Below are positions 38,736 through 48,651 of a DNA stretch of 64,000 nt, piece by piece. A program made the translations under genes and the position numbers. Position 1 is the first letter of the stretch. The number at the start of each line of letters is the position of its first letter. The notes under the pieces were generated by a model. The model was given only the letters and a program-made list of their open reading frames with translations, made no database searches and was not told where the DNA came from. Source of the stretch: an uncultured archaeon (GTDB lineage: Archaea > Asgardarchaeota > Thorarchaeia > Thorarchaeales > Thorarchaeaceae); assembly GCA_964610875.1 (NCBI GenBank), contig CAZSWP010000016.1:1-64000 (forward strand), given 5' to 3'.

Positions 38736-40373
38736 TTGTTGACTTCACTAGACCGACGTTCAATTCTCACTCGAATTATCAATGCAGGGTTCCAAATCAC
38801 CCCTGATGCATTAGACTATATTATGAGTCTACCCTCTCCAATAGCAATTATTGAAAATTTGATTCAAGAGTGCATTTCAGATGATTCCTGCACAATGATA
38901 TCTCCTATGACTATCACTGACTACCTGGGGAAACAATCCGAAAGCGAAATATATGATGCAGTTGAGATCGAAGACTCTTCTGAACAGGAACCTCTTCCAA
39001 CGGACTTATCTATTAATGACACAGACATACCTCAACCAACATCAGATGAACGTATACTCATTCTCAAGAACCCCCAATATGACTCTGTAGGCTCTTCTGG
39101 AACAGTAGAGGATTTTCTAGCTCTTTTCAAAGACCGTTTTAAGAGAATTCACAAAATCTACATGAATAGGATTGACACGAGTACTGCTATTTCTCCAAAG
39201 TTGGCATTTACCAGAAAGGAAGAGGCTCGTGCATACAAAGCGCTCTCTCGCGAGGGCGGTAAACGTCGTAGGCGTCCACTAACCAAGGTAATTGGTATGG
39301 TGCGAGATAAGAGCGTATCTAGGTCTAGGAATGTGATAATCCAGCTTGAAGATGCTGAAGGAGTCATAATGTGTGTGATTCCTGCAACCCGTCAAGGATT
39401 GAAGGGTGCACAATTAGCTGCTAAAGGGAATTCTATTCTTCTTGACGAAGTAGTCTGCATTGCAGGTTACGTTGACGAAGATGGTCGTATGATTGCTGAT
39501 GATGTAATCTTCCCCGATATTCCTACTTCTCGTAACATCGGTAGAGCCACACGTGATGTCTATGCTGCATTCATTTCTGACATTCATTGTGGTAGTAAAG
39601 AATATCTGGAGGACGAATTTGATACTCTTATCAACTGGTTCCGAGGTGAAGATGTAGATGAAGCAGATAAAGACATGTCCGTGAAAACAGAGTATCTCTT
39701 CATTGCTGGGGATATAGTTGATGGAATTGGGGTCTACCCAACTCAGAAAGATGAACTTCTCATTCCTAACCTCTACGATCAATACGCATTCATAGCCAAG
39801 AAACTCCGTCGACTACCAGAGCGAGTTACCGTAATAGCTATTCCGGGTAATCACGATGCTTGTAGACAAGCTCTGCCCAGACCTCCTTTTGCTGAGGAGT
39901 TTGCTCAACCCCTGTACGAGCTTGGCGAACATATTATGCTGCTTGGTGAACCTGCTCTTATCGAAGTGGAAGGTGTTAAGATACTGTTGACGCATGGGGA
40001 CTCCATGGACGACCTCGTTGTGAACAGTCCTGGTGCATCATATACTAAACCTGAGGTTGGAATGCGAGAACTACTGGTGAAAAGACACTTAGCTCCCGTC
40101 TATGGTGGCAAGACTGAACTAGCTCCTCTGAGCCGCGATTGGCTTGTACTGGAAACACCTCCTGATATCGTCCATTTTGGCCACTCTCATCATAATGCTA
40201 TAGACAACTATAGGGGCATACAGATCATAAACTCAGGTACTTTTCAGGCGCAGACTGATTTTATGAGAAAGCAAGGGATAGTACCAACTCCGGGTATTGT
40301 CACTTTCATCAACCTCCAGAATGGCCATCCCACACCGAAATTCTTCTATGATGTTGATAAGTTTGCACAATAA
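38736..40373 (+). CDS. DNA polymerase D small subunit DP1
   Basis: ISDIHCGS, AGDIVDGIGVY, PGNHD, RHLAPVYG, GHSH, NSGTFQAQT. Confidence 0.95.
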   Translation: MLTSLDRRSILTRIINAGFQITPDALDYIMSLPSPIAIIENLIQECISDDSCTMISPMTITDYLGKQSESEIYDAVEIEDSSEQEPLPTDLSINDTDIPQPTSDERILILKNPQYDSVGSSGTVEDFLALFKDRFKRIHKIYMNRIDTSTAISPKLAFTRKEEARAYKALSREGGKRRRRPLTKVIGMVRDKSVSRSRNVIIQLEDAEGVIMCVIPATRQGLKGAQLAAKGNSILLDEVVCIAGYVDEDGRMIADDVIFPDIPTSRNIGRATRDVYAAFISDIHCGSKEYLEDEFDTLINWFRGEDVDEADKDMSVKTEYLFIAGDIVDGIGVYPTQKDELLIPNLYDQYAFIAKKLRRLPERVTVIAIPGNHDACRQALPRPPFAEEFAQPLYELGEHIMLLGEPALIEVEGVKILLTHGDSMDDLVVNSPGASYTKPEVGMRELLVKRHLAPVYGGKTELAPLSRDWLVLETPPDIVHFGHSHHNAIDNYRGIQIINSGTFQAQTDFMRKQGIVPTPGIVTFINLQNGHPTPKFFYDVDKFAQ

Positions 40374-40384
40374 ACATCAATGGT

Positions 40385-41650
40385 CTATTTGAGTAGTTGT
40401 TTTGCCACTTTAGAAAGTCTTGGGTCCTCATCAAGTATGGTTCCAATCTGTTTCTTGCTCACTGCAAGTCGGATTTTCTTTGTTCTGCCATACCTGCCTT
40501 TGGAAACAACTGTGGTATTGATTAATCCTAACATATCCAATTCACTAATCAAATCACTGACTCTACGTTGTGTCAACGTGTCCAGAGAGAGTGTCTTGAC
40601 TATCTCGGAGTACATATTGAAGCACTCTCCAGTGAAAATATCACGTTTGCCACTGGCTGCTAGTGCATAGACTGACAGGAGTACCGCCTTAGACTGCATT
40701 GGTAATGTCTTCACAGTTTCCGTTATAGTGTCACGTTCGATAAACTTCTGTGCCTCTCTAACATGTTCCTGAGTGACCAGATCATCTCCCTTTCTTTCGG
40801 CAAGTTCTCCTGCAGTTCTGAGGAGGTCTAGTGCTCGGCGTGCGTCCCCGTGTTCCTGAGCTGCAAGGGCTCCTACAAGGTTTATGACACCTTCATCTTC
40901 TATCACTCCGTCATTGAATGATATTGCTACTCGTTGTTGCAGAATTCCTCTGAGTTCTACGGCATTGTAAGGTGGAAAGATGACTTCCTCTTCTCCAAGT
41001 GTAGACAATACACGCGGGTCCAGCATCTCCTTGAATTTCAGGTCATTGCTGATTCCAATAATAGAGATTCTACTGTTCTCAAGTTCACTGTTCATTCGAG
41101 TCAGACCATATAGAATATCATTACCTTGGTTAACATCACGCTTGACAAGGCTATCAACCTCGTCCAATACCACAACCAGAATGCTTGATTGTTCATCGAG
41201 TTTTCTCTTCAAAATTGACCTGATCTCGTCGGTTGGTAGACCAGTAAATGGCACTTCTGACCCATCTGGCATAGTTGCATCAATACCCGTACAGAGCTTT
41301 CGAAGTACACGATAATTTGTTCCAACAATACGACAATTGATATGCACATCAAGTGGGGGCATAATCCCACTCTGTTCTGCTTTCTCTACTAGAGTTCTAA
41401 GGACATATCTTGCTACAACCGTTTTTCCAGTTCCGGTCTTTCCATAACATAGGATGTTGGAAGGTGGTGCTCCTCGGAGTGATGGACCCAGGATTGATGC
41501 AATACGACTCATCTGATCATCCCTATATGGTAGATCGTCAGGAACATATGTTGGTCTGAGTGCATTTCTATTCTTGAAAATTGCCTGACCCTGTATGAAC
41601 TTATCAAACAACTTATCCAGTTTCGGTTGCTTGCTCAACTGCTGGTTCAC
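40385..41650 (-). CDS. cdc6: Orc1/Cdc6 replication initiator
   Basis: GKTGTGKT, LDEVD, FPPY, GDARRA, GRYGRT. Confidence 0.96.
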   Translation of the reverse strand: MNQQLSKQPKLDKLFDKFIQGQAIFKNRNALRPTYVPDDLPYRDDQMSRIASILGPSLRGAPPSNILCYGKTGTGKTVVARYVLRTLVEKAEQSGIMPPLDVHINCRIVGTNYRVLRKLCTGIDATMPDGSEVPFTGLPTDEIRSILKRKLDEQSSILVVVLDEVDSLVKRDVNQGNDILYGLTRMNSELENSRISIIGISNDLKFKEMLDPRVLSTLGEEEVIFPPYNAVELRGILQQRVAISFNDGVIEDEGVINLVGALAAQEHGDARRALDLLRTAGELAERKGDDLVTQEHVREAQKFIERDTITETVKTLPMQSKAVLLSVYALAASGKRDIFTGECFNMYSEIVKTLSLDTLTQRRVSDLISELDMLGLINTTVVSKGRYGRTKKIRLAVSKKQIGTILDEDPRLSKVAKQLLK

Positions 41651-41681
41651 TCCAGTAATTATACGACCTCCACAAGAAACC

Positions 41682-41738
41682 TAGCTTTCTTCCAGTGGGG
41701 GCACCCTTGTTTCCACTGGAAATCTCCAGATAAAGCTA
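41682..41738. promoter_or_regulatory. Inverted ORB (origin recognition box) pair upstream of cdc6
   Basis: TTCCAGTGGGGG (41690, +) and TTTCCAGTGGAAACAAGGG (41722-41704, -). Confidence 0.75.
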
Positions 41739-41831
41739 CGTATTACATCGGTGGCTTTTTGGACAACTAATAAGTTCATGAGCCAGCCAGTTGCCAGATG
41801 TTCGAACAACCAGAAAAGAGTGATCCGCCCA

Positions 41832-42464
41832 ATGCGTTTGAGAGACCTAGAGATAGAGCTTCAACAAATGAACCGGCATACTGAACATGAGGTATCTTTG
41901 GAGAGCTATCCCACTCCTGCCCCAATCGCAGCAGCCATATTGTTTGCAGCAGAGATGGAACATAGCGACATCCACGATAAGACCGTTCTTGACTTGGGTT
42001 GTGGCGATGGGATCTTTGCACTTGGCGCTGCTCTACTTGGAGCAAGATGTGTTCTAGGAATTGACCTACAAAGCAAAGCCTTAAAGGCTGCTCGCGAGAA
42101 CTCAACACGGCTCGGGATACATGATAAAGTAGACCTAGTACTAGGAGATGTTTCCTCCTTAGAACTACTAGGAACTGTTGACACTGTGATGAGTAATCCA
42201 CCATTCGGTGTTAAAAATAGAGGCGCAGACCTTAGATTCCTGAAAAAGGCAATATCTGTTGCCCGGGTGACGTATAGTATTCACCTTGCAGGTGATAAGA
42301 ACAGAGCATTCCTGGAGCATAAGATTGAAGCTCTAGGTGGAAATGTGACACAAATAGAAACATTTCAGTTTCCAATTGCAAAAATCTATGAATTCCACAG
42401 GAAAATGAAACATCTTACGAAAGTTGATCTATACCGCATTGAGAGTGTGAAAGTAAATGGCTGA
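41832..42464 (+). CDS. METTL5-like N6-adenine RNA methyltransferase
   Basis: LESYPTP, DLGCGDG, NPPFG. Confidence 0.88.
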   Translation: MRLRDLEIELQQMNRHTEHEVSLESYPTPAPIAAAILFAAEMEHSDIHDKTVLDLGCGDGIFALGAALLGARCVLGIDLQSKALKAARENSTRLGIHDKVDLVLGDVSSLELLGTVDTVMSNPPFGVKNRGADLRFLKKAISVARVTYSIHLAGDKNRAFLEHKIEALGGNVTQIETFQFPIAKIYEFHRKMKHLTKVDLYRIESVKVNG

Positions 42465-43194
42465 TGTAAAAAGCGGTGACACTGTTGTACCGGGGGACCA
42501 ATTGTGCGTTATTGAAGAGCTCTTGCCGAGCTATGGGACTTATGAAAAAGACGGTGTTGTATTTTCGGCAACAGCAGGAACCGTATCTATGGATTTGAAA
42601 GACAGAAAAATTAGCGTATTCGACCCGAGCGGTGGAATGCGACTTGCTTTACCTGTTGAGGGCGATATTATTGTTGGTGAAGTGACTTCAGTATACGACC
42701 AAAGAGCTGAGGTGACAATTGCAAAGCGCAATGACGAGTACTTTCTGAGTGGCCTCGTTGGTGAGATACATATCAGCAATGTGACCCGGCGATATGTGAA
42801 AAGCATGCACGATGTGACAAAAATAGGTGATATAATTCGTGCAGTATCTCTAAGCACACATATAATACCTGTTGAACTCAGTCTTGTCGGAACCGAGTTT
42901 GGAGTCATCTATTCAGAATGTGTGAAGTGTGGGGCTCCTCTGACACTTACAACACACAACAACATGGTCTGTCTCAGATGTGAATATCGTGACACCCGTG
43001 AGGTAGCTGAGGATTACGGACAACAATTTGGTCTTGAACCACGACCTGACCTTGCTCCTCGACGAAGACGGTACGACCGAAGAAGTTATGATGATAGGCG
43101 TCGCGGAGGGCGACGTAGTAGTGACCGAAGAGGCGACAGAAGTTCAGATCGTCGCGATAGTAGAAGAGGTAGCAGCAGAGATAGGAGAAGATAG
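42457..43194 (+). CDS. csl4: Exosome subunit Csl4 with Arg/Asp/Ser-rich tail
   Basis: VVPGD..EE, S1 domain, C-terminal zinc ribbon. Confidence 0.9.
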   Translation: MADVKSGDTVVPGDQLCVIEELLPSYGTYEKDGVVFSATAGTVSMDLKDRKISVFDPSGGMRLALPVEGDIIVGEVTSVYDQRAEVTIAKRNDEYFLSGLVGEIHISNVTRRYVKSMHDVTKIGDIIRAVSLSTHIIPVELSLVGTEFGVIYSECVKCGAPLTLTTHNNMVCLRCEYRDTREVAEDYGQQFGLEPRPDLAPRRRRYDRRSYDDRRRGGRRSSDRRGDRSSDRRDSRRGSSRDRRR

Positions 43195-43196
43195 AT

Positions 43197-43487
43197 ATGG
43201 AACCAAAGATTATTGAAGAATCTCGCTATGAGATTGTTTTTGAAATCAGGGGTGAGGGTCACTCATTCCCAAATCTATTACGAAAGACTTTGCTTGAAGA
43301 ACCAGCTGTTGAGTTTGCCGGTTATAATATTGACCATCCGCTGTTGGCCAATCCTGTGTTCACAGTAAGGACAAAGCGAAGGCAGGCAAACACAGTCACA
43401 AGAGATGCTCTTGAGAAGATACTTGCAAGGACTGAGGAGTTTCGAAAGAAATTCAGTCAAGCAGCAAGTGACTTCGGTGAGAGTTAA
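43197..43487 (+). CDS. rpo11: RNA polymerase subunit Rpo11 (RpoL)
   Basis: GEGHSFPNLLR, AGYNIDHPL. Confidence 0.94.
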   Translation: MEPKIIEESRYEIVFEIRGEGHSFPNLLRKTLLEEPAVEFAGYNIDHPLLANPVFTVRTKRRQANTVTRDALEKILARTEEFRKKFSQAASDFGES

Positions 43488-43522
43488 TCAAAATAAATAG
43501 AACTGATAGCCGGTGACCATCA

Positions 43523-43939
43523 TTGTGGGACTTCTTAGTTGAACATGATTCAGCTGAGAGTGTCATGCGGGACCAGGGTCTCGCACAAATTGGTGACACC
43601 CTCACAAATCTGTGCTATTCATTGACAAAGTCAATTGTGCTGGAACGAGCTAATGGAGTCAAAGTGAGGGACAGTGTACTCGCACGAGCAATACGATCAA
43701 CGTCTGTCTATGATCAGATTGGCCGTCGGACAGATATTGGTAGAGCTGCTGATGCGTACGAGGCTATTCTTGCTTGGTTGTGGCTAAAACACAAAGTGAC
43801 CATCAAAGAGATTGTAGAGTTTCTCGTCCCACACTTAAACATTGACCATGAAACCAGTAGAAAAGAAGAAGGGGCAATTGCTGCAATAGCCTTTCAATCG
43901 TTATTAGAACACGTAAAGGATAGACTTCCAAACATATAA
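43523..43939 (+). CDS. Archaeal ribonuclease III-like protein
   Basis: LAQIGDTLTN, ADAYEAILAW. Confidence 0.8.
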   Translation: MWDFLVEHDSAESVMRDQGLAQIGDTLTNLCYSLTKSIVLERANGVKVRDSVLARAIRSTSVYDQIGRRTDIGRAADAYEAILAWLWLKHKVTIKEIVEFLVPHLNIDHETSRKEEGAIAAIAFQSLLEHVKDRLPNI

Positions 43940-44275
43940 TGAGTAATTGTGTTATTCTCACAAACTAGTATACTATCCAGTTGCTTTTACTGAATATCTG
44001 CCGAGCGGTTGATTTTTCGTTGTTTCAGTAGAACTAAGATAATGATTGATATAAAACCGTTCCAAACCCATGGTGAAAGTAAACACCATTAGTAGCATGA
44101 CACACTTCGAGGGATTACACATCTACTATTTCATACCCCCTTTTATCAAAACATCTTATGTCCTACCATTTAATCATTCAATTGCAGGTGACTATTGCTA
44201 GGAATTAGAATATGTCGCTGCCACAAATCCTTTAATTGGATATGATACTTCGAACGATACTCGGAGTCTTACAAA

Positions 44276-44599
44276 ATGCAATTCTGTGAAAAATGTGGCG
44301 CAATGATGATGCCTGCAAAAGGCGATGATGGAAAAAGGATCTTACAATGCAGGAGTTGTGGCCATACGGAATCAGCAACAGGTCAGATGAAGGTTGAACA
44401 GACAGTAGAGAAGACTCCTCGTGATAAGATAATAGTGGTAGAAGACGAGAGCATTCCTATGCCCAAGACAGCTGCAACTTGTCCAAAATGTGGGCACAAT
44501 GAAGCCTACTACTGGACAGTCCAGACACGTCGAGGTGACGAAGGAGCTACTGAATTTTATAGATGCACAAAATGTGGCACGACTTGGAGACGGTATTGA
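44276..44599 (+). CDS. tfs: Transcription factor S (TFS/RpoM)
   Basis: FCEKCG, QTRRGDE, two zinc ribbons. Confidence 0.94.
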   Translation: MQFCEKCGAMMMPAKGDDGKRILQCRSCGHTESATGQMKVEQTVEKTPRDKIIVVEDESIPMPKTAATCPKCGHNEAYYWTVQTRRGDEGATEFYRCTKCGTTWRRY

Positions 44600-44910
44600 A
44601 GGGGTTCAGTGTAAATAATTACGTAATGTTAGAACTTTCAAATATCATTGTTTTGAGTAAGATTAGAAAGAGCATGACTTTTTCATCAAGACTCCATAAC
44701 CTAAGTATTAATGAAGAAACTCAGAAAAAGATTGGAATCTACTCAATTCAGGGTCAAAGTAGTCAAGTATAAATTTTGTACAATTAAGAAGACAAATTCA
44801 ATATTCAGAAATTAGATTGGAAAAGGAAATCCCTTCCTGTAAGGATGTATCAGAAATGATTTTAGCTTGTCAACAGATATGCCAAGGACTAGCTCCTTAA
44901 GTAGTGAATT

Positions 44911-46314
44911 CTAACCAAAGAATTGTTCAAAATCCTCAATAGATAGTTGCAAACAATTAGGTAATTCTTCAAATTCACTAAACCATTCCTTTACAGTGTC
45001 CAACTGTAAGGGTTCTCTCTGAGACGTTACCAATACAGGTAGAATCATCTTTCCTTCCAATCCCAATTGTTTCAATCTAGTTTCTGATGATGAAACAATA
45101 TCTGCCCATTCTAAGACTTCAATACGATCAGCTTTGTTGTCAAGTACTCTCTTATAGAAATCAGAATACGGAATGAACATGAGGTTTGCTTCAAGTTCAA
45201 TATCTATGAAAAAATCATGTGCCTTACACGAAATTACATAGAGTGTATCTTTATTGGAAGCCAAAATATCGATTTTTATTCTCTCTCTTCTATAATATTT
45301 TAACTTCTCAATTGATTCTTCATCAATTCCTTGAAAATCAATTTCTGTGAAATCTACATTGAGATTAGTCTGTGTTTCAATTCTTTGTTTGACGAAATCA
45401 TTGAAACACTCACCATATTCAGTCTTTAATTTACCACCAGTATTGATAATCTTTGACAACCAAACAGATGTTAATGATATGGGAGGTTTACCAAACATGT
45501 AGCTAAATTCATCTTCTCCAGAGATTGGATAGTATATACATGATGCAGGATTGGAACCAGGATTGTATGTTAGATGATCCAATACACCAATCCATTCATA
45601 ACTAGGAATATGTTCGAAAATTGATGTTAGATATTCTTCTTTTCGAAGTAATGTGAAAGATCTACCAATATCTCGTCCTGTATACTCAATTTTCATGAAT
45701 TCATTCTCAATTTTCGTGATGGTTTCGAGACTCATTCCAAACGAACTGAAAAGCATGTATGATATCTCATCAAAGTGCTCCACAAGAGAGTGAGTTTCAA
45801 AAAAATGATTAAACCAGTCTAGATTAGTGCCTTTTTCCACGAACCATTCACTATATGAATCACGATTTGAAATGGTACCAAACGATGGAGTTCCATTCGA
45901 ATCAATTTCAATTTTGAAATGATTTGATTCTTTACACTGATGGATAAGTGATTTCAGAGGAGATATTTGTGGTCGAAATGTGTGAAGTGCAGCTTTTGCA
46001 TAGAACAACTTCTCAGGATCGTGAAGGATGATTTTTGTTGATTTTAGATAAGATTTAGATGGTTTGAAGAGATTTCTTTCAAGCAGACTGTCAAGTACCA
46101 TAACAGTATCATGGAGTTCTATCAATAACATTCTTCTTTTACTGGTTTCTTCTGTTCGTTGGATTTTTCTAGGCAGGATATCAAGAATTCCAGATATGAC
46201 TAGTGTTGAGAATTCATCCTCAATACCACAGATGTATCTCTCCAAACCATTATTCGCTCTGTCCAACTGCTTTTGAAGATAACTCAATACTTTTTCCTTG
46301 CCCTCCAAAATCAT
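44911..46314 (-). CDS. AT-rich hypothetical protein with C-terminal PD-(D/E)XK-like domain
   Basis: KIDILA...YVISCK ... PVLVTS pattern. Confidence 0.6.
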   Translation of the reverse strand: MILEGKEKVLSYLQKQLDRANNGLERYICGIEDEFSTLVISGILDILPRKIQRTEETSKRRMLLIELHDTVMVLDSLLERNLFKPSKSYLKSTKIILHDPEKLFYAKAALHTFRPQISPLKSLIHQCKESNHFKIEIDSNGTPSFGTISNRDSYSEWFVEKGTNLDWFNHFFETHSLVEHFDEISYMLFSSFGMSLETITKIENEFMKIEYTGRDIGRSFTLLRKEEYLTSIFEHIPSYEWIGVLDHLTYNPGSNPASCIYYPISGEDEFSYMFGKPPISLTSVWLSKIINTGGKLKTEYGECFNDFVKQRIETQTNLNVDFTEIDFQGIDEESIEKLKYYRRERIKIDILASNKDTLYVISCKAHDFFIDIELEANLMFIPYSDFYKRVLDNKADRIEVLEWADIVSSSETRLKQLGLEGKMILPVLVTSQREPLQLDTVKEWFSEFEELPNCLQLSIEDFEQFFG

Positions 46315-46945
46315 CAGAATTCACCAGTACTCAACAAAACTATCTGAATACTATATAGTAGGTATTTGATATTAACTTCTACTTGCATTCAGACAAGATT
46401 ATTCAGATAAATCACTGAAAGAACACGATTAATCTTCGATTTTGAGAGTAATATGAAACAAGATTAATGTTCTCTCAAATACCATCAAGTTAAGAGCTTC
46501 AACACACCAGAGGAGTTCTGGATGTACTGTCACTATACCTGACTCGCAAGTGTTCGCCTCTGCACCATTTCCAGTTATAGAAGTTGACAATTAAAATCCA
46601 TATTTAATGCAGCTGAATCAAGGAATATGCAGGAGTTTTTTGTCTAAACCAAAAGTGAAAAAACATGACACCACTTGTTTTATTATTTCAAAAAGGACAT
46701 AACTAGTTTGAATAGTGTTACGGCTGTGCAAATGGAACCAGAAATAAAGCCTTTATGAACTCAAAAAACTATTAAAATGTCTATTATTACTACGTTTTGC
46801 GTAGCATTTTCTATCCTCTCTCAATTCATATATTAAAGATACCAAATCCCGTAAACCAGCTAGACCAAGCACCTAAGTAATCCCTTGTTCATACATTCTC
46901 TGGGAGTTATGCCCCGCGAGTGGGGAATATATTCTCCTATTCTGC

Positions 46946-47278
46946 ATGGAAGAGTGTAAGATGACAGAAGAAAAGTCGACGCCGACATGGGTGTGGATGC
47001 TACGAGGATTTGCAGCCCTCATACTCACAATTTTACCACTGATGGGTGTCATGTTCATCGTATTAGCTGTGGGAATCATACCAAACGTCTGGCTTGAGAA
47101 GGACAATGACCTGTTGTTGGAAGTTATCCCTAGGATTCTCGAAATCGAAACTGGATATACCGGAGTAACGACTGCAACTATCAGCTTTTCAATGCATCGA
47201 ACTGATACTATTTCCAAATTTGAAACTCTTGGTTTCAGGAAAATGCGTGAGAGCATATCTATGACTAAAAGGCTCTAG
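46946..47278 (+). CDS. Small membrane protein or gene remnant
   Basis: One hydrophobic segment; in the accessory region. Confidence 0.35.
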   Translation: MEECKMTEEKSTPTWVWMLRGFAALILTILPLMGVMFIVLAVGIIPNVWLEKDNDLLLEVIPRILEIETGYTGVTTATISFSMHRTDTISKFETLGFRKMRESISMTKRL

Positions 47279-47480
47279 GTTGCATTCTTACAAATAGACC
47301 TATAGCTAGAAAGAGTCAATTGGCCTCTATTACTAGCAATCTTTGCTCTAGTGACCATGTACAAAGTGTAAGCTCAGTTTTGTTACTTGACATGGAGAAA
47401 TTACGGTGGGTAAAATTTTCATCCCTCTCGGAGTATGGGAGTGGACTTATTATCTAGCTTTGATAGACTACAACCTGTAG

Positions 47481-47852
47481 GTGCGAAGCTTGTCAGAAGA
47501 GAAGAAGTATCCACGAAAGAGATATGCACCACTCTGTACTGTCAAAAGCATGTCTGCAGATACAAAGAACCCCGTTCGAATACTTTGTATTGTAGTGGAA
47601 ACTGCAGAAGGCGCAGCTCTTGTTCAAGATATCTTTGATAAAATGGACAACCAGGGGTCAATCAGAGTCATTGTTCCTGAAGAATTAGAACTCGCCAAAA
47701 AGTACATGTTGATTGGAGATATTAGTGAGGACTCAGAAGGCCTTAAGTTAATTGCATCATCTGTGTATGATGTCGACACTCTTGATGTCAAGCTTTACAA
47801 GGAAACAGTGAAATTGGAGGAAAGAGTTAACCGAGCTAACCACTCACCATAA
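47481..47852 (+). CDS. Small OB-fold protein, RPA3/RPA14-like
   Basis: RKRYAP..., VRILCIV, C-terminal LDVKLY helix; directly upstream of PCNA. Confidence 0.65.
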   Translation: MRSLSEEKKYPRKRYAPLCTVKSMSADTKNPVRILCIVVETAEGAALVQDIFDKMDNQGSIRVIVPEELELAKKYMLIGDISEDSEGLKLIASSVYDVDTLDVKLYKETVKLEERVNRANHSP

Positions 47853-47870
47853 TTCACTGGAGGAACCATA

Positions 47871-48626
47871 ATGTTTCACGCAACACTGGATAGCACCAAG
47901 ACATGGAAACAGATTGTGGACTCGTTAGCCACACTCTTAACAGAGGTCCACTTTGTCATTTCCGAAACTGGTGTTACACTACGTCAATTAGACTCTTCAA
48001 AGGCTGCGATGGTTGACCTGACGCTTCCATCAGGAGTCTTTCAGGAGTATGCATGTAAGGGAGAACATGATGTCTGTCTGGGAATGGATGAACTGGCCAA
48101 AGTCAGTAAGAGAATGGCCGGGGATGATGTACTTGATTTCAGTCTGGATGAGAAGGAGAAACGTTTTGAAATCAGGATGACGGGGCAAGCTGAGCGAAGA
48201 TTCAGCCTGCAATTATTGACTCCCCCTGAAGACCGTAGCAAGAAACCGAATCTCTCCTTTGAAGTGAAAGCAGAACTAGATGCAAACTCCTTCAAGCAAG
48301 CAGTCAAAGACATTGGTGTTATATCTAATCATATCAAAATCGTTGCAGACGGTGACACATTGCGTTTCCTTGGAGAAGGGGACACTGGTGAAGCGGAGGT
48401 CTCTCTGAAGAAAGGTGATGATGACTCTCTCCTCATCGATCTCAAGGTAGACAAGAAAGCCACTGCAATGTATGCTCTCAGCTACTTGTCGGAGATAGCA
48501 AAGGCGATGGCAAGTAATAATCTCATGTTACAGTTCAGCTCTGACAAACCCATTCTGTTGGACTTTGCAGTTGCTGAGGGTGGAAGAATCAGTTTCATCT
48601 TAGCACCCAGAGTTGAGAGAAGGTAA
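47871..48626 (+). CDS. pcn: PCNA sliding clamp
   Basis: LDSSKAAMVDL, YALSYL, FILAPRVE. Confidence 0.95.
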   Translation: MFHATLDSTKTWKQIVDSLATLLTEVHFVISETGVTLRQLDSSKAAMVDLTLPSGVFQEYACKGEHDVCLGMDELAKVSKRMAGDDVLDFSLDEKEKRFEIRMTGQAERRFSLQLLTPPEDRSKKPNLSFEVKAELDANSFKQAVKDIGVISNHIKIVADGDTLRFLGEGDTGEAEVSLKKGDDDSLLIDLKVDKKATAMYALSYLSEIAKAMASNNLMLQFSSDKPILLDFAVAEGGRISFILAPRVERR

Positions 48627-48651
48627 TCCGTGATGACAATGGTGCTTCCAG

